Assembly (NCBI RefSeq): GCF_041956535.1
Contig: NW_027192192.1
Location: 809,796 to 873,795, forward strand
Direction of reading: 5' to 3'
DNA length: 64,000 bases
Origin: Calcarisporiella thermophila CBS 279.70
Lineage: Eukaryota > Fungi > Calcarisporiellomycota
Notes under the pieces: generated by a model
Databases searched by the model: none
What the model saw: only the letters and a program-made list of their open reading frames with translations
What the model was told of the DNA's origin: nothing
In this document: in pieces, positions 39,431 through 53,573 of the stretch
How the letters are laid out: every line of letters starts with the position of its first letter
Position numbering within the stretch: position 1 is the first letter of the stretch
Program-made: the position numbers and the translations under genes

Positions 39431-40508
39431 GGCGTCAGTCTGGTGAGGGCGTGAAAGCAGAAAGAAGCAACATCAAGAAGGCGGCGGAGGGGAAGAATAA
39501 TTGAGGAAGGCTCTCACAGGTCACGGTGCCTAGCGCGTCTCTCCATACAGCTCGCATTCCGCATTAGGAATCGAGCGTCCACAATACCCTTCCTCGCCGC
39601 GGGTCCCACGATATAGAATGTGGGTTGGAATTTGTGAGGAATCGCTGACCAGAACCGGGCAAGCGTTTCGGCTTGCGGCTCCGGGGGCAGGAGCGGGGGA
39701 GAGGAATGGGCAAGCCTGGCCTCATTACATGATGATCCTAGCGCGTGCTCTGCCGTCAAAAGAATGGCGGAAAAGCCTGGTGTCATCTCCACATGCTGAG
39801 TTTGGATTCCCGACAGCTCGGCCGGGATTTGGTCGCCGCAGCTCTCTGAGAATCGCACAATGCAGGCAGATTGGTCTCAGCCGCAATCTCTTTGGCCCAA
39901 CGGGGCCCGTGTGCCGGGGAGGGTCGTGTGCGGTCCATTACGGCACGCCAACGAGAAAGGCACTAAAGGTGCTTGCTTGTCGAGCTTTGTTTTCAATCAA
40001 CCTTAATTTGTGGATCACTTGCCTTGACCAAGCGCACGCGGGCCGCCTGGTTATCTCATCACAACGCGCGTGGGCCGCGGCAGTCACGATGACCGGCGGG
40101 AACCTTCGGGGCCGGCTGTGCCATCTGGCCTGCTGGTGTGGATGGTTGGCCGGCGTTGCATGCTGATCGCCCAGCGCGTCAGGCAACCAAGCTGACCTCA
40201 GCCCAGGGCGAAAACAAACCGCGAAGACAGAATCGTGCACATGATCTCCGCATTCGCGTGCCTGGGCCCGCCATTTGCCGGGGGAAAGAGAGTTTAATTT
40301 TTCATTTTGCGACGGAGATGGCCTGAGGAGGCTGCAATTTTCAGGGGAGAGGCTGCAAATCCGCGCGCGTGGATTGCTGGGGAGCCCAATCTTTCTCGAA
40401 CAGATTTGCATATAAACCCAGCCAGTGAGAGCCGCCCTTTCACGCTCTCACCTTGGCTTTTTAAAACGCGAAAAGAGGCCTCCCGTCCGGACCTTTGCAG
40501 CTGCTACA

Positions 40509-41323
40509 ATGAGTTGTGACATTGATTGTCGACCGCTCGTAAAGCCTTGCTCTCTGGCCAAGCGGCAATTGCCCGACTCTCTGCTAAGTAAGTGTGATGC
40601 CCATCCTTAAAATGCTGGCCTGTTCTCCCCTTGGACTGTGCCATGATGGTTGCGCATTGTGCTCTCAACACAGAGTCCTCCGTCGTCTGACTGACCTGCT
40701 CTCCCATGTCTCGTAGATTTTGCTTCAGAACATATCTGGGGGCTCATCAAGAGCTACTCCCCGAAGCGGGAGGAGAGACGAGGCCGCTACTCTAAGCGGG
40801 AACCGGTCATTCTACCGGAATTCATGTTCTACATGCACCGAATTAATTCACGAGGCGGCATTAGCCCGCTTATCATGATATTGGCGATGATATACGTGTT
40901 TCGAATCAAAAAGCGGCTGCTGCCGAATGGGGTCGGTGGATACGGTAAGCCTGCTGAATTAGCCATGATACTGGTTTCGAGCATTTGGAACTAACCGAGG
41001 ATCACCTATCCTTCCAAGGATTCTGCCACAAGATCTTCACTGCATGCATCCTAATTGCGTGCAAGTTCCTCCACGGTGGCCATGGAGCTGGGGAATGGGG
41101 TGAGGAGTGGCAGGATTTGCGGCGACTCGACCACGGCAAGACGAGCCACCTCCCCCTTACCTCACGCGCAATGTCCAAGCTGGGTGGCTATGTCTTTAGC
41201 TGCTCAGAAATCAATCTGATGGAACGCGTGCTCCTCCAGCTGCTTAACTTCGATGTCTTGGTGCGGCCAGATGAAATAGTGACGTTTCTACAAGAGCATC
41301 GCAAAGACTTGTGTGCCCCATAG
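40509..41323 (+). CDS. Pho85-type cyclin (Pcl1/2-like), 3 exons
   Basis: LPEFMFYMHRI..RGGI...IMILAMIYV.RIKKRL..NG.G, HKIFTACILIACKFL, FS.SEINLMERVLLQLLNFDV. Confidence 0.85.
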
Positions 41324-41906
41324 AGTTCCAACATGTACCCTACTTTTCTCTTATTTAATCTGTGCCCGCGACTTTCTCACCTCCATCTAGCGCGGCCATC
41401 TCTCTAATTCAACCCCCTCTCCAAGATGGACCCCTTCTGCCTCCCACGTGTAAAGTACTGCAACTGCATGTGTATTTTTAACTTGTTACTCTGCGCTTCC
41501 TCTATTTACTTCTCTCGCCATATTGAAGACATACATTCCATCTGTTTTCCTTCCCCTTTGTGCTTATAGTAAAATCAATAATGCATCCCCTTATCCTTCC
41601 CCCTCCCCTCTTCCCTGCCCTCATGGAGAATTTTCGGAGTTCGAAATCCTTCGCGAAAACGGTGAAATTTACGCGTTTCATTTCCCAATTATATCTCCTC
41701 AACTAATAAATGCTTTTCCGAGGCCTCGAGGCAATCAACTCCTGCTTCCCGATGATTCATCCACACACGTCTTCATAGCTCTGCACTTCTAATTCCACTC
41801 ACCTTTGTAATCCAACTGCACGGACAGCCATTTCACTTTTTTTTTTACTGTTTGAATCCTCTCCGAAAGTTCCTTAATTACGCTTCCTCCCCTCGTCTTT
41901 ATATTA

Positions 41907-43915
41907 ATGAACTGCGGATTCTCCTTTAAGCATTCGCACAAAAGCATTGCTGCCGAAAGATCGCAGCTCACTACTCCCGCACTGCTGCGAAAGTCACCCG
42001 TTATCAAGGGTGGAGGCATACTCAAACGTACGCGAAAACTTTTCACGCGTCGGCCCGCATCTATGGATTCGCGAGGACTGCATAGGGATTCAGACGTCAC
42101 AACAGCGTCCATCGATAGCCTCGAGGACATGGTGGCATCCCCCACCATGGAGACAAAGCACTCGAATGTAAACCCTAAGACTTCGATTTTCAGATTTCCC
42201 TTCTTCTCCCGCCCAAATCGTCAACGCCGTGAAACTCTGCAGACGCTCGAATTCCGACGCATCGACATTGCGCCAAAACTACGCAAGTGGCGGGATGCTG
42301 TCTCGCAGGACGAGATAGTACGACTGGGGCTTGATGTACGGCAGTGCATGTGGCAGGAGATTGCGTTTGAAATTATAGTAACGGAAGAGGACTACGTGAG
42401 GGATTTGAAGATGCTTTTTCAGGTAATGCCAATGTCTCTTGAAGCTCATTCGCCTATTTCCAGGCATTAAAAAGGTGGGAACCCGCATACATAGATCTTC
42501 ATCAAACCTATCCGTGACCATGGGATCAACGTGCCCCATCACGCCTCTTTGCTATTTAATAACATCAGAGATATGATCATTCTGCATCAGTTGCTGTTGG
42601 AGGTTTGTGTCCATGTTTGTGGCCGTATTGAGTGTGAATTAACCTTGGAGGGGGGGGGACGGTCTCTCTTTAGAAAATGGAAGATCAACGAGACCGAGAA
42701 TGGCCAGTCATGTCAAGCGTAGTGGGGTTGTTCGAACCACATCTCTGGAATTTTGCCATCTACACCTCTTATCTCTGCAACCTAGATCTTGGCATCCAGC
42801 AAATAGAACGATGTATCACCAATAACGAACCGTTAGGTGTTTTTTTGAAGGTAAGAGAGGGAGCAGACGGCTACTGATAACGGATGAACTTATCTCCAGA
42901 TAATCTCTCTTTCCACACGACCTAGGAGCAGATGCTGAAGCCAGAATGTCGGAATCTTACCCTACAGGCTTTCATGGTCAAGCCCGTGCAACGACTAACC
43001 AAGTATCCGCTCTTTCTAAAGGTAATCAGCTTGCGTCCCCTCTGGGCTACCCCCCCCCCCTCTCTTTTTTTTTTCTGACTCGAAGTCCTCGGTTGCTTTG
43101 CGCTAGAACCTGTTGGAAAATAAGGATCCACATTACCCAGACTATGAAAAGACGTCCCAACTCTTAACCAAGATGGAGGCTATGATACACAGGATGCAGG
43201 AGGAGAAGCGGAAAGAGGAGGAGCATCGGAATATCGTGCGGCTCTTTCAAAGTATAAAAGGATCAGAGGTATTGCTGCATTTTTTTCCTTTACAAAAGGG
43301 TCCCCATGCTTGCTCCTAACCTCTACCTTCTACAAGAAATACCCGGAAATGCAGAATATCCCTCGTGACCGCTCTCTCCTCCTCGAGGGGGATCTAATGC
43401 TACTCAATATACCCTTCGAGATCCCCGCCAAACCCCATTTTCCGCACATCGCCATCCACACCGCCGAAGAGTATTCCCAGCCTGTGCACGTTTTCCTATT
43501 CAACGACATGCTTCTCCTAACCCGTTTCAGTGCCTCCAGCAACCAATACAAGATGGTGCGACCCCCGGCGCGAGTTACCCATGTGCGGAACGTGACGACC
43601 CTTGCTGGGGACAGTATGCCTCCTAAGCTGCCTGCTCCTACACCCGCCTCCTTCACTTTCGGTACCCCTTCTTCGGGGGGCGACGAGACCGCCCTCCCTT
43701 TCCTGCAAGCCTACCCGCTCTTCGAATGCACCCTCGTGCACCGCTCCAGCACCACGCTCCTCTTTTACGCCGTTTCCGATCAGGAGCGTGCTCTGTGGGT
43801 TCAGCGACTTGCCCAGTGTGTCAAAATGCATACAAATCGCACGAACGACGAGGAGATTGAACCGTGGTGGTACCACAGGCGAAAGCGCCGAAACGTCGAG
43901 CTTGGAGAGTTTTAG
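41907..43915 (+). CDS. Dbl-homology (RhoGEF) + PH domain protein
   Basis: QEIAFEIIVTEEDYVRDL, LFNNI, LTLQAFMVKPVQRLTKYPLF, HPDY; PH segments VHVFLFNDMLLLT and ERALWVQRL. Confidence 0.9.
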
Positions 43916-46407
43916 TATTTTTATTTTTTAGTACCCGATCAACTAATGTAGCACTTTCGTGTCTGTTTTCTGTATTAAGATGCTTGACTTGTCTGAGGAA
44001 AGGGGTCGCCGGTGGATGCGACCCTCCAAGTTCTCTCTATCTTTATTTTTTTTTCTATTTGTGGCCTTATCCTCTTGATAGACAAGAGATGACGTGCTAG
44101 CTTGTATATATAAATGATGTCTATCCTGAACGCTCAACTAGAGAGCATGGCTAAAGGGGGGGAGGTTCGGGACATAAGAGGGTTTAGAGTTAGGAGACGA
44201 ACGGTGGCTGAATTAGTCACTAAGATTAGCAGGAGTGTGGTGCAGCATGGAATGGGCGCTCTCCTGCGCTTGAGAAGGCACATTATTTACCAGGCCTTCG
44301 CCGGGTGCTTCATTGACATGAAGGGCCGTTGTAGGAGTTCTTCGCCCTGTCAAAGAGAATCCCAGTGTCCAGTCCACGAGAGCGGAGAAGAATGACTAAG
44401 CACAAGCCTTCCTTGTGGAAGCTCTGCCCACCTCGCTCTCAATTTGGTTTATACTCCCCGAGGACGCGGTTCGGAGTTGCAACTCTCCCACATGGTAGGT
44501 ACAAACCATGGTGTTCACGCAAGAGCCTCACCGCAGGAAGGGAATTGCGTCTGTTTTGAGAGCCTGATCCCATAACGGAACTGGTGCATCGGTGCTACGC
44601 TGGCCAATAGGGCGCCCGCTGACTAGGTTGCGGTGACAACCGAGCCTCCCGAACTCCGCTTAGGCCTGAAAAAAACATAAGAGATACACCGGAGCTAAGA
44701 TGCGTTGCGAGGTTAAGATATCGGCGATAGACTATTAAAGGACAAACATAAGATTTTCTTTTTCTCCGAGCCGCCGAACCTCAGGAAATGCGGAGATGCC
44801 CTCTGGAAATATGGAAATATATATATATGTGCGTATTTCATGTCGGTCTTGCATCGCATGATTTCCCATACTACTCCGTGGCTCTAGATACTCCACCTCA
44901 AGGGCAATTGCCTCCTACCAAAGCCACCTGGATACATAGAGCCCGACCATTTCGCACATACCTCTGCGATCTCCCCCCAATCCCCTCTACTCAGTAGCAC
45001 GAATAACGCCTTGAACCATGATCCACACTCCATCCAGGACGGCTAGTCTCAATTCTCTATGGCAACCGCCCAGCTCATTTACCAAAACTCCACACTGCCT
45101 GCCCCAAACAAACTGTCTCCAAGCACAGATCACCCGGCCAAGAGCCACCGGCAGTACAAGTTTTGCATCGGGACGGGGGCATCATATTGCGTGCGAGATT
45201 GAGAGAAGGAAGCAACGGAATTGGCTTTAATGACAGCACGATAGTGGGGAAAATGTCCCCTCTTAGCATTTTGCACACTCTGTTTCTTTTTACTGCTAGT
45301 GTATTATGGGATAGTGGTATATTGTGTCTATACTTGGTGTATATAGGATTTTTGTTCTTTTGTGATCGAATTAATATTCATACGAGTTTTCAATTGAAGT
45401 TCAGCCCCCTTGTGTTCATGAACATGTGTGACCTATACAAAAGGAGCACTCGAGAAATTATGGATAGCCCCTACTTCCCTGCTAAATTATTCCAACACGG
45501 GAAATTATAGCTGGAAAATTATAACAGCGGGAGAATGGGAGAGGCGGGCAGGGCTTAATCGGCCGGTTTCATTGATTTAGGTAGAAAATTGATCAAGGCT
45601 TTCCCAACCGCATTGTCTTAGTCTCAAGAGCTCCATCATATTAGAACAACGCATTGCATATCGGCCTTAGATGGCAAAACGGCCCTCTCGAGCCAATCCA
45701 ATGGGGCCGCTCCAAGAGTTGATTGCTAATGAAAGGGGGATTTGGGTCCAAATAAAAGTAGTAGTGCACGTTGGAGGGGGCGGGGGGGGGGTTATGTGAG
45801 CATGAGGCATTCCTATTGAAAGGGGAGCAGGATTGAAATGGGATTCCACAGCAGCTATAGCACACAATCTAGCATTTGCAGTGGGAAAAAAAAAAGCGGC
45901 TCCCTAGTTGCATAATGGATATAAATATGTCGTTTTATGCGAAAACATCTCCGCAATGATTCGTGACTGCACTTTGCCCGATTTCTGAAAGCCGGATGAA
46001 TCCTCCCTAGCGAATACCCTTGCACATAGTTTAATAACCGGAGTTGTTATATTTATCAGCACACAAGACGTATATTTTTTTTACCCAGTTAGTGTATTAA
46101 GTCCTTATTAAATCTTTTCATAATTGTTCTCTCGAGCCCATGTCATTCCGTTTGATTGTGCATCCATTTTAGTCATTTCCTTTGGAACACACCTACCCCG
46201 CGATTTCCGAGGCTCATTCATTCTTTCATACTGAGAAACTGTATAGGATTTTTTTCTGGGAGCAGAACTATAGTCACTCCGCCTTTTTTTAACGTGTGCC
46301 ATTTAACTCTTTCGATTCTCGCCATTGCGGTATCGCCGTAATCATTTCAAGTAGCCAGTAGACCCACACCTTTTGCCTTTATTTTCCAAATAATCATCGG
46401 TTTAGTC

Positions 46408-49400
46408 ATGGTCGAACCCATTGTTCTCTGTATCGTTCGTGCGCTCTATGATTATCAAGGATCGGATTCCTCCTCGCTGAACTTTCAAAAAGGCGATGTT
46501 ATTGAGGTATGGTGATTATTGTGTCCATTATCCTGCCTAGGCTGCATAGTTTTTGTTCTGCAGGTGCTGAATCAACTCGAGACAGGCTGGTGGGACGGGG
46601 TCGTGGACGGTAAGCGAGGGTGGTTCCCTTCCAACTACGTCGAAGTCATCGAGAAATACGATTCGGAAGACGAATCGGGGCTGGAAGAAGTAGATGAAAA
46701 CGATGTAAGTTATTCTTATTCATCTTGTTGCTGCTCCCTCCTCGGTTTGCTCCCCCTCTTCTCATCAACTTGTTGCTACTATTTCAGGAGGAAAATGTCT
46801 GGGTTCCACAGACCGCACCCAGCGGCAATGTTTTCTATTTTAATACTGTCACCGGAGAGTCCGTCTGGGAGTTGCCTGTGGAGGAGGGTGGGAGCCCTTA
46901 CACCCAAAGCAGTAGAAACTTGGATTCGACACAAGTATGTATATCCCTTGAAAATGGCTCTGCTTGGCCTATTGGGAGCGAGAACGCTCACTATGAATTT
47001 CGCCTTTTCAAGGTGTATCCCAAATTGTCCGGCTCCTGGACCATGCAAAAAGCGCCCGACGGTATGAACTACTTCTATAACACGGTAACGCAAGAGGTGA
47101 GGTGGTCACTCCCCTCTGCGGAAGAGCTACGGGGCGACGCCAAGGAAAGGAAGCCTTCCTTGAACCAGGACTTGCCCCCCAACTGGGAGCGGAAGACGAC
47201 TCGCCAAGGGCGCGTCTACTACTATAACCCCGTTTTGGATGAGACGACTTGGACCTTGGATAAGGTCGACCCCGTCACCGGTCAACTCCGCGATAAGCCG
47301 GCCGAGAATGAAACCCTCCAGTCGCCCGTCACGCCTCTTCAGCAAGAGCCACCCATTTTGCCCCATAATCTCTCCGTCTCAAACCAAGCCGAGCCTAGGC
47401 ATCCTCGCAGCGAATCACCCATCGGGTCCATATCTTGGGCAGCGCTTGTCTCGAACATTAATGCCGCCCTTGATGCATTAAAACAGAGGAGAAAGCAGAA
47501 AGAGAAGGTGCCTGCGGACTCGCACACAAACTCCGTCATTGGGTCCGTGCGGCTGCTGCTGCATGCATGCGACTGTCTGGATCGGGAGTCACCTCACTTA
47601 CAGAAGAATCGCAACTTGCGAGCGGGTCGACGTGCCATTACGACCGCTCTTGCCAAGTTGACCTTGTCAGCGAAGCTTGCGTCCGGGATCTTGGACTCTG
47701 CGGATTACGAGACGCGGATTCAAGAGGAAGCCGCCAGCCTTTTCGCCGCAGTCGAGCATTTTGTTGAAGTGGCCCAGAAGGATGGGGTGGAGCTTCGAGA
47801 GGCAGACCCCCATATATTGAAGGAGGAGATCGCAGGCAAAATGAAGAAGCCCAGCTTGCTCTTCAGTGCAAAGGTGGGGGAAGAGCCGCCGGGTGACGGC
47901 GACGACGCCAGCTCCGCCGGTACGGATCTTCTGCTGAGGCAGATGCGTGACCTGGAGACCCAGCTGGAGGAATATGCGCAGCATACAATCAAGCTCAGTG
48001 GCATCCTATTGGACAATATGGAGTTGACCATACTGCAGCCGTCCAAGTCCCTACAGCTCCACAAATCCTCGGAGCTCCTGGGACAGGCGAATGAGCTGGT
48101 CGGATTGATAAGTTCGCTGCTTGCGCTGACCGAGGAATCCACCTTCATCCAGAAGCTGCCCGGATACAGCTCTCTCCAGCACTCGAGGCAGTCGCTGTAC
48201 AATGAGGCCGGCGCTTTCATCTTGGCGTCGCAAGCCATCACGCAGCCCGACGACTCCTCTCTCCAGAATTCCTTGATCCATATGCAGCACACGGCCAGGC
48301 GCATCGTGAGGGGGACAAAGGATGTCGCATTTAAAATTAAGAATATGTGGGCCGAGGTCGAGAAAAACAACGAGTCGAGGCGGCCGTCTGCCGTCCGGAT
48401 CAAGGAGGAGCCTGGCGAATTGGACCGGATTGACGAGGAGTGGCCGGAAGAAGAGATGTGTGGGGAGAAGGGGAGGGGAAGTACCGCAAGCGACAAGACC
48501 ATGGTTCAGCAGGGTGCGAAGATGCAGGATTTGGGGTTTCTGTCGCTGGGACCGGATGTGAGTAGTCTTGGTGGCCCGGAGAAATCGGCTGGCGAGGCTA
48601 AGAGCAAGAGCACCGAGGATAAGGAGCATAGACGCGGGACCGAGGATTCGATCGGGGGCGCGACCCTGCATGACCCGGAATCGCGTCGCACTTCCAATGC
48701 AACCAGCGAGACCGGAAACGATCTGAAGTCGGAGAAGCTCCGGAAATTCTTTGGTGAAGATCCCATGGAGAAGGGGGAAAAGGGGCTACATACCGATCAA
48801 CCCTGGTATTTGCGGTACGACGTGGACCCGGACGAGCTGTTGCTCACGCTGGATGGCACTGTCAAAGGGGGCACCCTTCGAGGACTCATCGAGCGCCTGA
48901 CGATGCACGATCAGCACGATCCGAACTTCAACTCCACCTTCCTGCTCACCTATCGCTCCTTCACCACTACAGAGAAATTTTTCCTCCTCCTCAGCGAGCG
49001 TTTTGTCATCCAGGAACCCCCTGGGCTGACCGAGCAAGAGCACAAGATCTGGGTGGAGAAGAAGCAGAAGCCCATCCGCCTAAGGGTGTTCAATGTAATG
49101 AAAACTTGGCTCGAGAACCACTACATGGATGAATCCGACGCGCGCGTGCTGCCCATGCTGCGCGAGTTTGCAAGCGGCCCAATGCTGGAGCAGATGCCCA
49201 CCGCGGCCGAGCAGCTCATCAAACTGATCGATCGACGTATGGCTAACCCCTTGGGCCGTGTCCGCAAGATGGTTGCGAAATCGGGAGCCACCGTGCCTCC
49301 CTCCATCGTGCCGAAAAACCTGCGCAAGATCAAATTCCTCGAGTTGGATCCGCTTGAGCTTGCTCGCCAACTCACGCTCATGGACTCAAAGCTCTACAAC

Positions 49401-50472
49401 AAGATCAAGCCAACCGAGTGTTTGAATAAGGCGTGGAGCATGCTGGAAAATGAGGAAGTGGCAGAAAACATTAAATCCCTCATCGGGCAAAGCAATCAGG
49501 TAGGTCCAGGTTGCGACGTGGCGGCTTATGTCGCTCTTCTATTCGACGACTGACTATTCTTCTCTTATTCTGTCCTTAAACTAGATGACTTGCTGGGTCG
49601 CCGAGTCTATCCTGACCCAGGTGGAAATGAAAAAGCGCACTGCTTTAATTAAGCACTTTGTGGCTGTAGCAGAGGTATGGGGCCAATGGCATGTGGAGAG
49701 GCTTTCTCTCTCCCCCTTCTCTAACCGTATACTTATGACTATCTTCTTTGTGTTGGTGCTCTAGAAATGCCGGAGTCTCAACAACTTTAACACGTGTATG
49801 GCGATTGTGGCAGGGTTAGACTCGTCGGCCGTGTTTAGGCTGAGAAGAACATGGGAGGTAAGATTTTTGGATTCCCAGTATGAGGGAGAAGACGGAGAGG
49901 AAAACGGGGAGTGGGGATGCTTTGGGTTTTCCTGCTTTCTTCATTTGAATCTGTGAGGATAAGTACTCACGGCACTCTCTCTTGCTAGATGGTGAACCAG
50001 AAGACTATGCAAACACTCTCGCAGCTCAAAAAACTCATGAATTCCATGAAAAACTTTGCAGAATATCGGGAGGTGCTGCGCATGTCTGAGCCACCGTGTG
50101 TGCCATTCCTCGGCGTCTATCTCACCGATTTGACCTTTATTGATGACGGCAACTCGAACTACATCAAACGCTCCCGAGAGCTGATCAACTTCGCAAAGCA
50201 TGCCATGACCGCCGAGGTGATCAGTGAAATACAGCGCTACCAAGTGACCCCGTATGCTCTTGCGCCGGTTCCCGAGATCCAGTTCTTCTTGCGTGGCTAT
50301 TTACAGGCAAGTAGGCCTGTCGAAGAGCTCTATCCCCTGAGTCTAAGTTTGGAGCCAAGGTAAATTATACATTTCCACATCATCCCCTATGCATGGTTAT
50401 TTCTGCCATGTATATTTTGGAATATGCATAATAATTTTGTTTTTCATCTCCTCTAGGCGCGACGATGACTAG
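46408..50472 (+). CDS. CDC25: Cdc25-like Ras GEF (SH3, 3xWW, REM, RasGEF)
   Basis: VRALYDY, GWWDG..GKRGWFPSNYV; three WW domains; VKGGTL..LIERLT, FLLTYRSF, ELARQLT, PCVPFLGVYLTDLTFI. Confidence 0.92.
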
Positions 50473-51065
50473 GACCATTACTAAGCAACCTGATCAAGAG
50501 CAAAACAAATGGTTCGGAGTCCATTTTTTTTTCCCATAAAAGTTCCCTCATGTTATAAATGTGTATTTTTTTCCTCAGTATCATATTTTATTTTCCCCCG
50601 GATATTCATATAATACTCTCTACTCGGTTTTGCTTTCCTCGCTTCTTTTAGCGGCATCATTTGCTTTGTTTTTTATTCTTCTTTTTTGGTGGTTAATTTT
50701 CTTTTCTTTTCACAATAAATAAGGTTGGATGTTATACAGTGCAACCTTGTCAACGGTGGTTGGAGGCTCAACCACCCTTGACTGGGCTTCAAGCAGGATA
50801 ACTGGTCGTACTAGCCACAGTAGCCACATATTTCTTTGGACCAACATCACTTATTTGTTTCATTCTTCGCCCATCTCCCCCCTCCAACTCACCGCTTTCC
50901 CCTCCAAACCCCCCTGATCTTGCCCTATTTATTCTTAACTATTCTATACCAATATCCGCCCGCTTATTTATCCGCATTGCGTATAGAGAGTCCGCTCCCG
51001 AACTCTGATTGTCGGTTCGGTTGAGTTTTCCTTACCATTTCCCCTTAATATTTATCCCCTTTCCG

Positions 51066-53365
51066 ATGCACTTCCGGAGACGAACTCGCGGGCGAACGCG
51101 CAGAGGTTCCAGCGGTTTGTTTCGGGATCTGGGCAACCTTTTGGACAATGCCTATGATACCGATGTCGAATTTAAAGTCGGCGGAGGAATGGGTCCTGGT
51201 TCTGCCCAGACATTCCATGCCCATCGCATCATCCTGCGCTGCCGCTCCGCCTATTTTGGCAAACTTTTTTCTGATGAATGGGGGGGAGGAGAGGGCGAGA
51301 TGAAGAAAAAGCTTGTGCTGGACAAGCCCCATGTCTCTCCGGAAGTGTTTTCACAGGTGTTGAGATTTATGTACACCGGCCAGTTGGCGCTTAAAATGGC
51401 CGACTTTGGAACAGATGATGAAGATTACTCTATGGTAGATGAGTATGTGGTTAGGAAGAGTGTGACGGTGGCCGGCACCGAAGATCAGAAAAAGCAGGAT
51501 GCAGCCAATGCGAAGCTACTGCTTGGGATAATGAAGGTCGCGGATGAAATGCTCGTCAATGATTTGACCATTGTTGCGCAGGAGGAGCTCTTGGCGCATT
51601 ATACTGATTATGTGCGCGAGCGAGCGCTACGGCTCCTCATCCTTGCCGAGACCCACAAATTCGCACTGCTGCATGACTTTTGTGTACGGACCATAAGGAC
51701 GGATCCTTACCCCTATTTCTTCTGCGAAACCGCGGCCGATCTTGACTCCTCACTGATGAAAGAGCTGCTGGCCTCAGACGATTTGCGGATGAAGGAGTCA
51801 GATATCTGGGATGCCCTCGTAGTATGGGCTGCGCATCGCTGCGGGCTCAATCCTGCAGACGCTGCCAATGCGGAATCGGCATGGACTCTCGACGAATTAG
51901 AGGAGATGCGCTCGACCCTTGCCTCCGTGCTCCCCCACATCCGCCTCTTCCAAATATCTCGTGCCGACTTCGAACAGCGTGCCGGACACGTCGGACTCCT
52001 TCCACAGGAAATCCAGATAGAGTTATTTAAATACCATGCCCTATGCGACTATGTTCCGTCACCCCCTGAGCCCTACCAATTCTTGCCTCCTCGGGCGACG
52101 CCCAATTTTGACTCGTTGATCATCACCGAGAAACACCGACTGCTCATCGACAGTTGGATTCTCGGCCATGATGAGGCTACTTACCTATTCACCTACAGCG
52201 AGTCGCCTTCCCCCTTAATACCCATGGGCTACGACATGAGATCGGCCTTGGAGTCCCAGGTGGAGGCCGCTGGAATGCCTTCATCGCTTCCTTCCGAAAA
52301 TGGCGGCTTAGTTCTGTCGCCGGTAGAACTGCCGAAGCTAAAAAAGTTCAACTGGGAGCTTATTTTTCGTGCGTCAGAGCACGGGAGAGATGCAAAGAGT
52401 TTTCACAGGTCTGAATCAGCAATTTTGATAAACCCACATTTTTACTTTATATGCATTCTTAATTCTTTCTCAGAACAAAAGAAATTGCATAAGAAACTTA
52501 GAGCTATACTTATCCATTCCTCTGAAAATACCTATATAGATACTGCGACAATCAAGGTGCAACGGTGACCCTAATACGTACCGAGAAGACTGGCGAGATC
52601 ATTGGCGGCTATAATCCTGACTCGTGGCTGTCCACACCTGGAGGACGATTCACTCGAGCTCAACAGTCTTTTCTCTTCTCCTTCTGCTCTCGTACCACAA
52701 ACCCTAAGCCTCAGCCATACAATCCAGGGAAAACGAACCAGGAGGCTGATGGTGTTAGTGAAACAAGTGCGGAGGCGGCCAGTGCGACCCCATTGGAAGA
52801 GCCACTCGTGACCAAGATTGACAACTCTGATTCAAGCAATGGACCCCAGCGACCCGCGTCGTTGGAGCGAGAATTGCATCGACTTAATATCAGCGATCAA
52901 CGGACTTGGTCGCCATCCATCAAAGTGTCGAGCATGGAGGCCGAGGACAAAGAAGAGGCTCGGCCACCCAAACGGAGAGTTGAGCCGGAATCGGAGTGGG
53001 ACTCGCCCGGCCGTTTGTGGCAGGCGTCGGCATCCCTTCTGGGCCAGTCGCTTCCGAACTCCCCACAGCGTATGAATGCTGCTCCCTCCCATGAATTCCC
53101 CACCGTCATTGGCCCTGCACCTGACTACCCCACGTTGCACCGCCTCAAGCCCCTGCACGACATGTATGCGATATTTAATAGTGCAACCTGTGGACCGGTG
53201 TTTGGGGGTGGCCATGACTTGTACATCGGCGCCTATTTCGATCGAGGAGAGACCTCGTGTTTTTCGAGAAGCTATACCTACACTGGGGTATTAAGGACAG
53301 GCGAGGATGATTTCTCGGTAGACGAGCTGGAAGTTTGGAAGGTCACCTCTACTGAGAACAGCTGA
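51066..53365 (+). CDS. BTB/POZ-BACK-TLDc protein (1 intron)
   Basis: FHAHRIILRCRSAYF, VLRFMYTG; BACK E.DIWDALVVW; TLDc LIFRASEHG...FH..CDNQGAT...IIGGYN, GPVFGGGHDL, ELEVW. Confidence 0.9.
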
Positions 53366-53573
53366 TTTCCTATTCATTCCCTGTCTACTTTGCCTCCACA
53401 CAATCTATTTCTTGTTTTTACCCCAATAATTTGTATTTTAATCAGACACACACATTTCTACAATTCTCCAAACACGAGGGGGTGTACGAATTTCCAAAAC
53501 AATTGCTCTATTTTCTTTCTATTATGTCTAATTTTTCAATAGAACACTATGCCTCATGCAAGAAGAGGTCGCG

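Noticed and set aside
39514-40411. GC-rich ORFs of 114-182 aa
   Set aside because: They lie in the MFS/cyclin divergent promoter and their composition is not protein-like.
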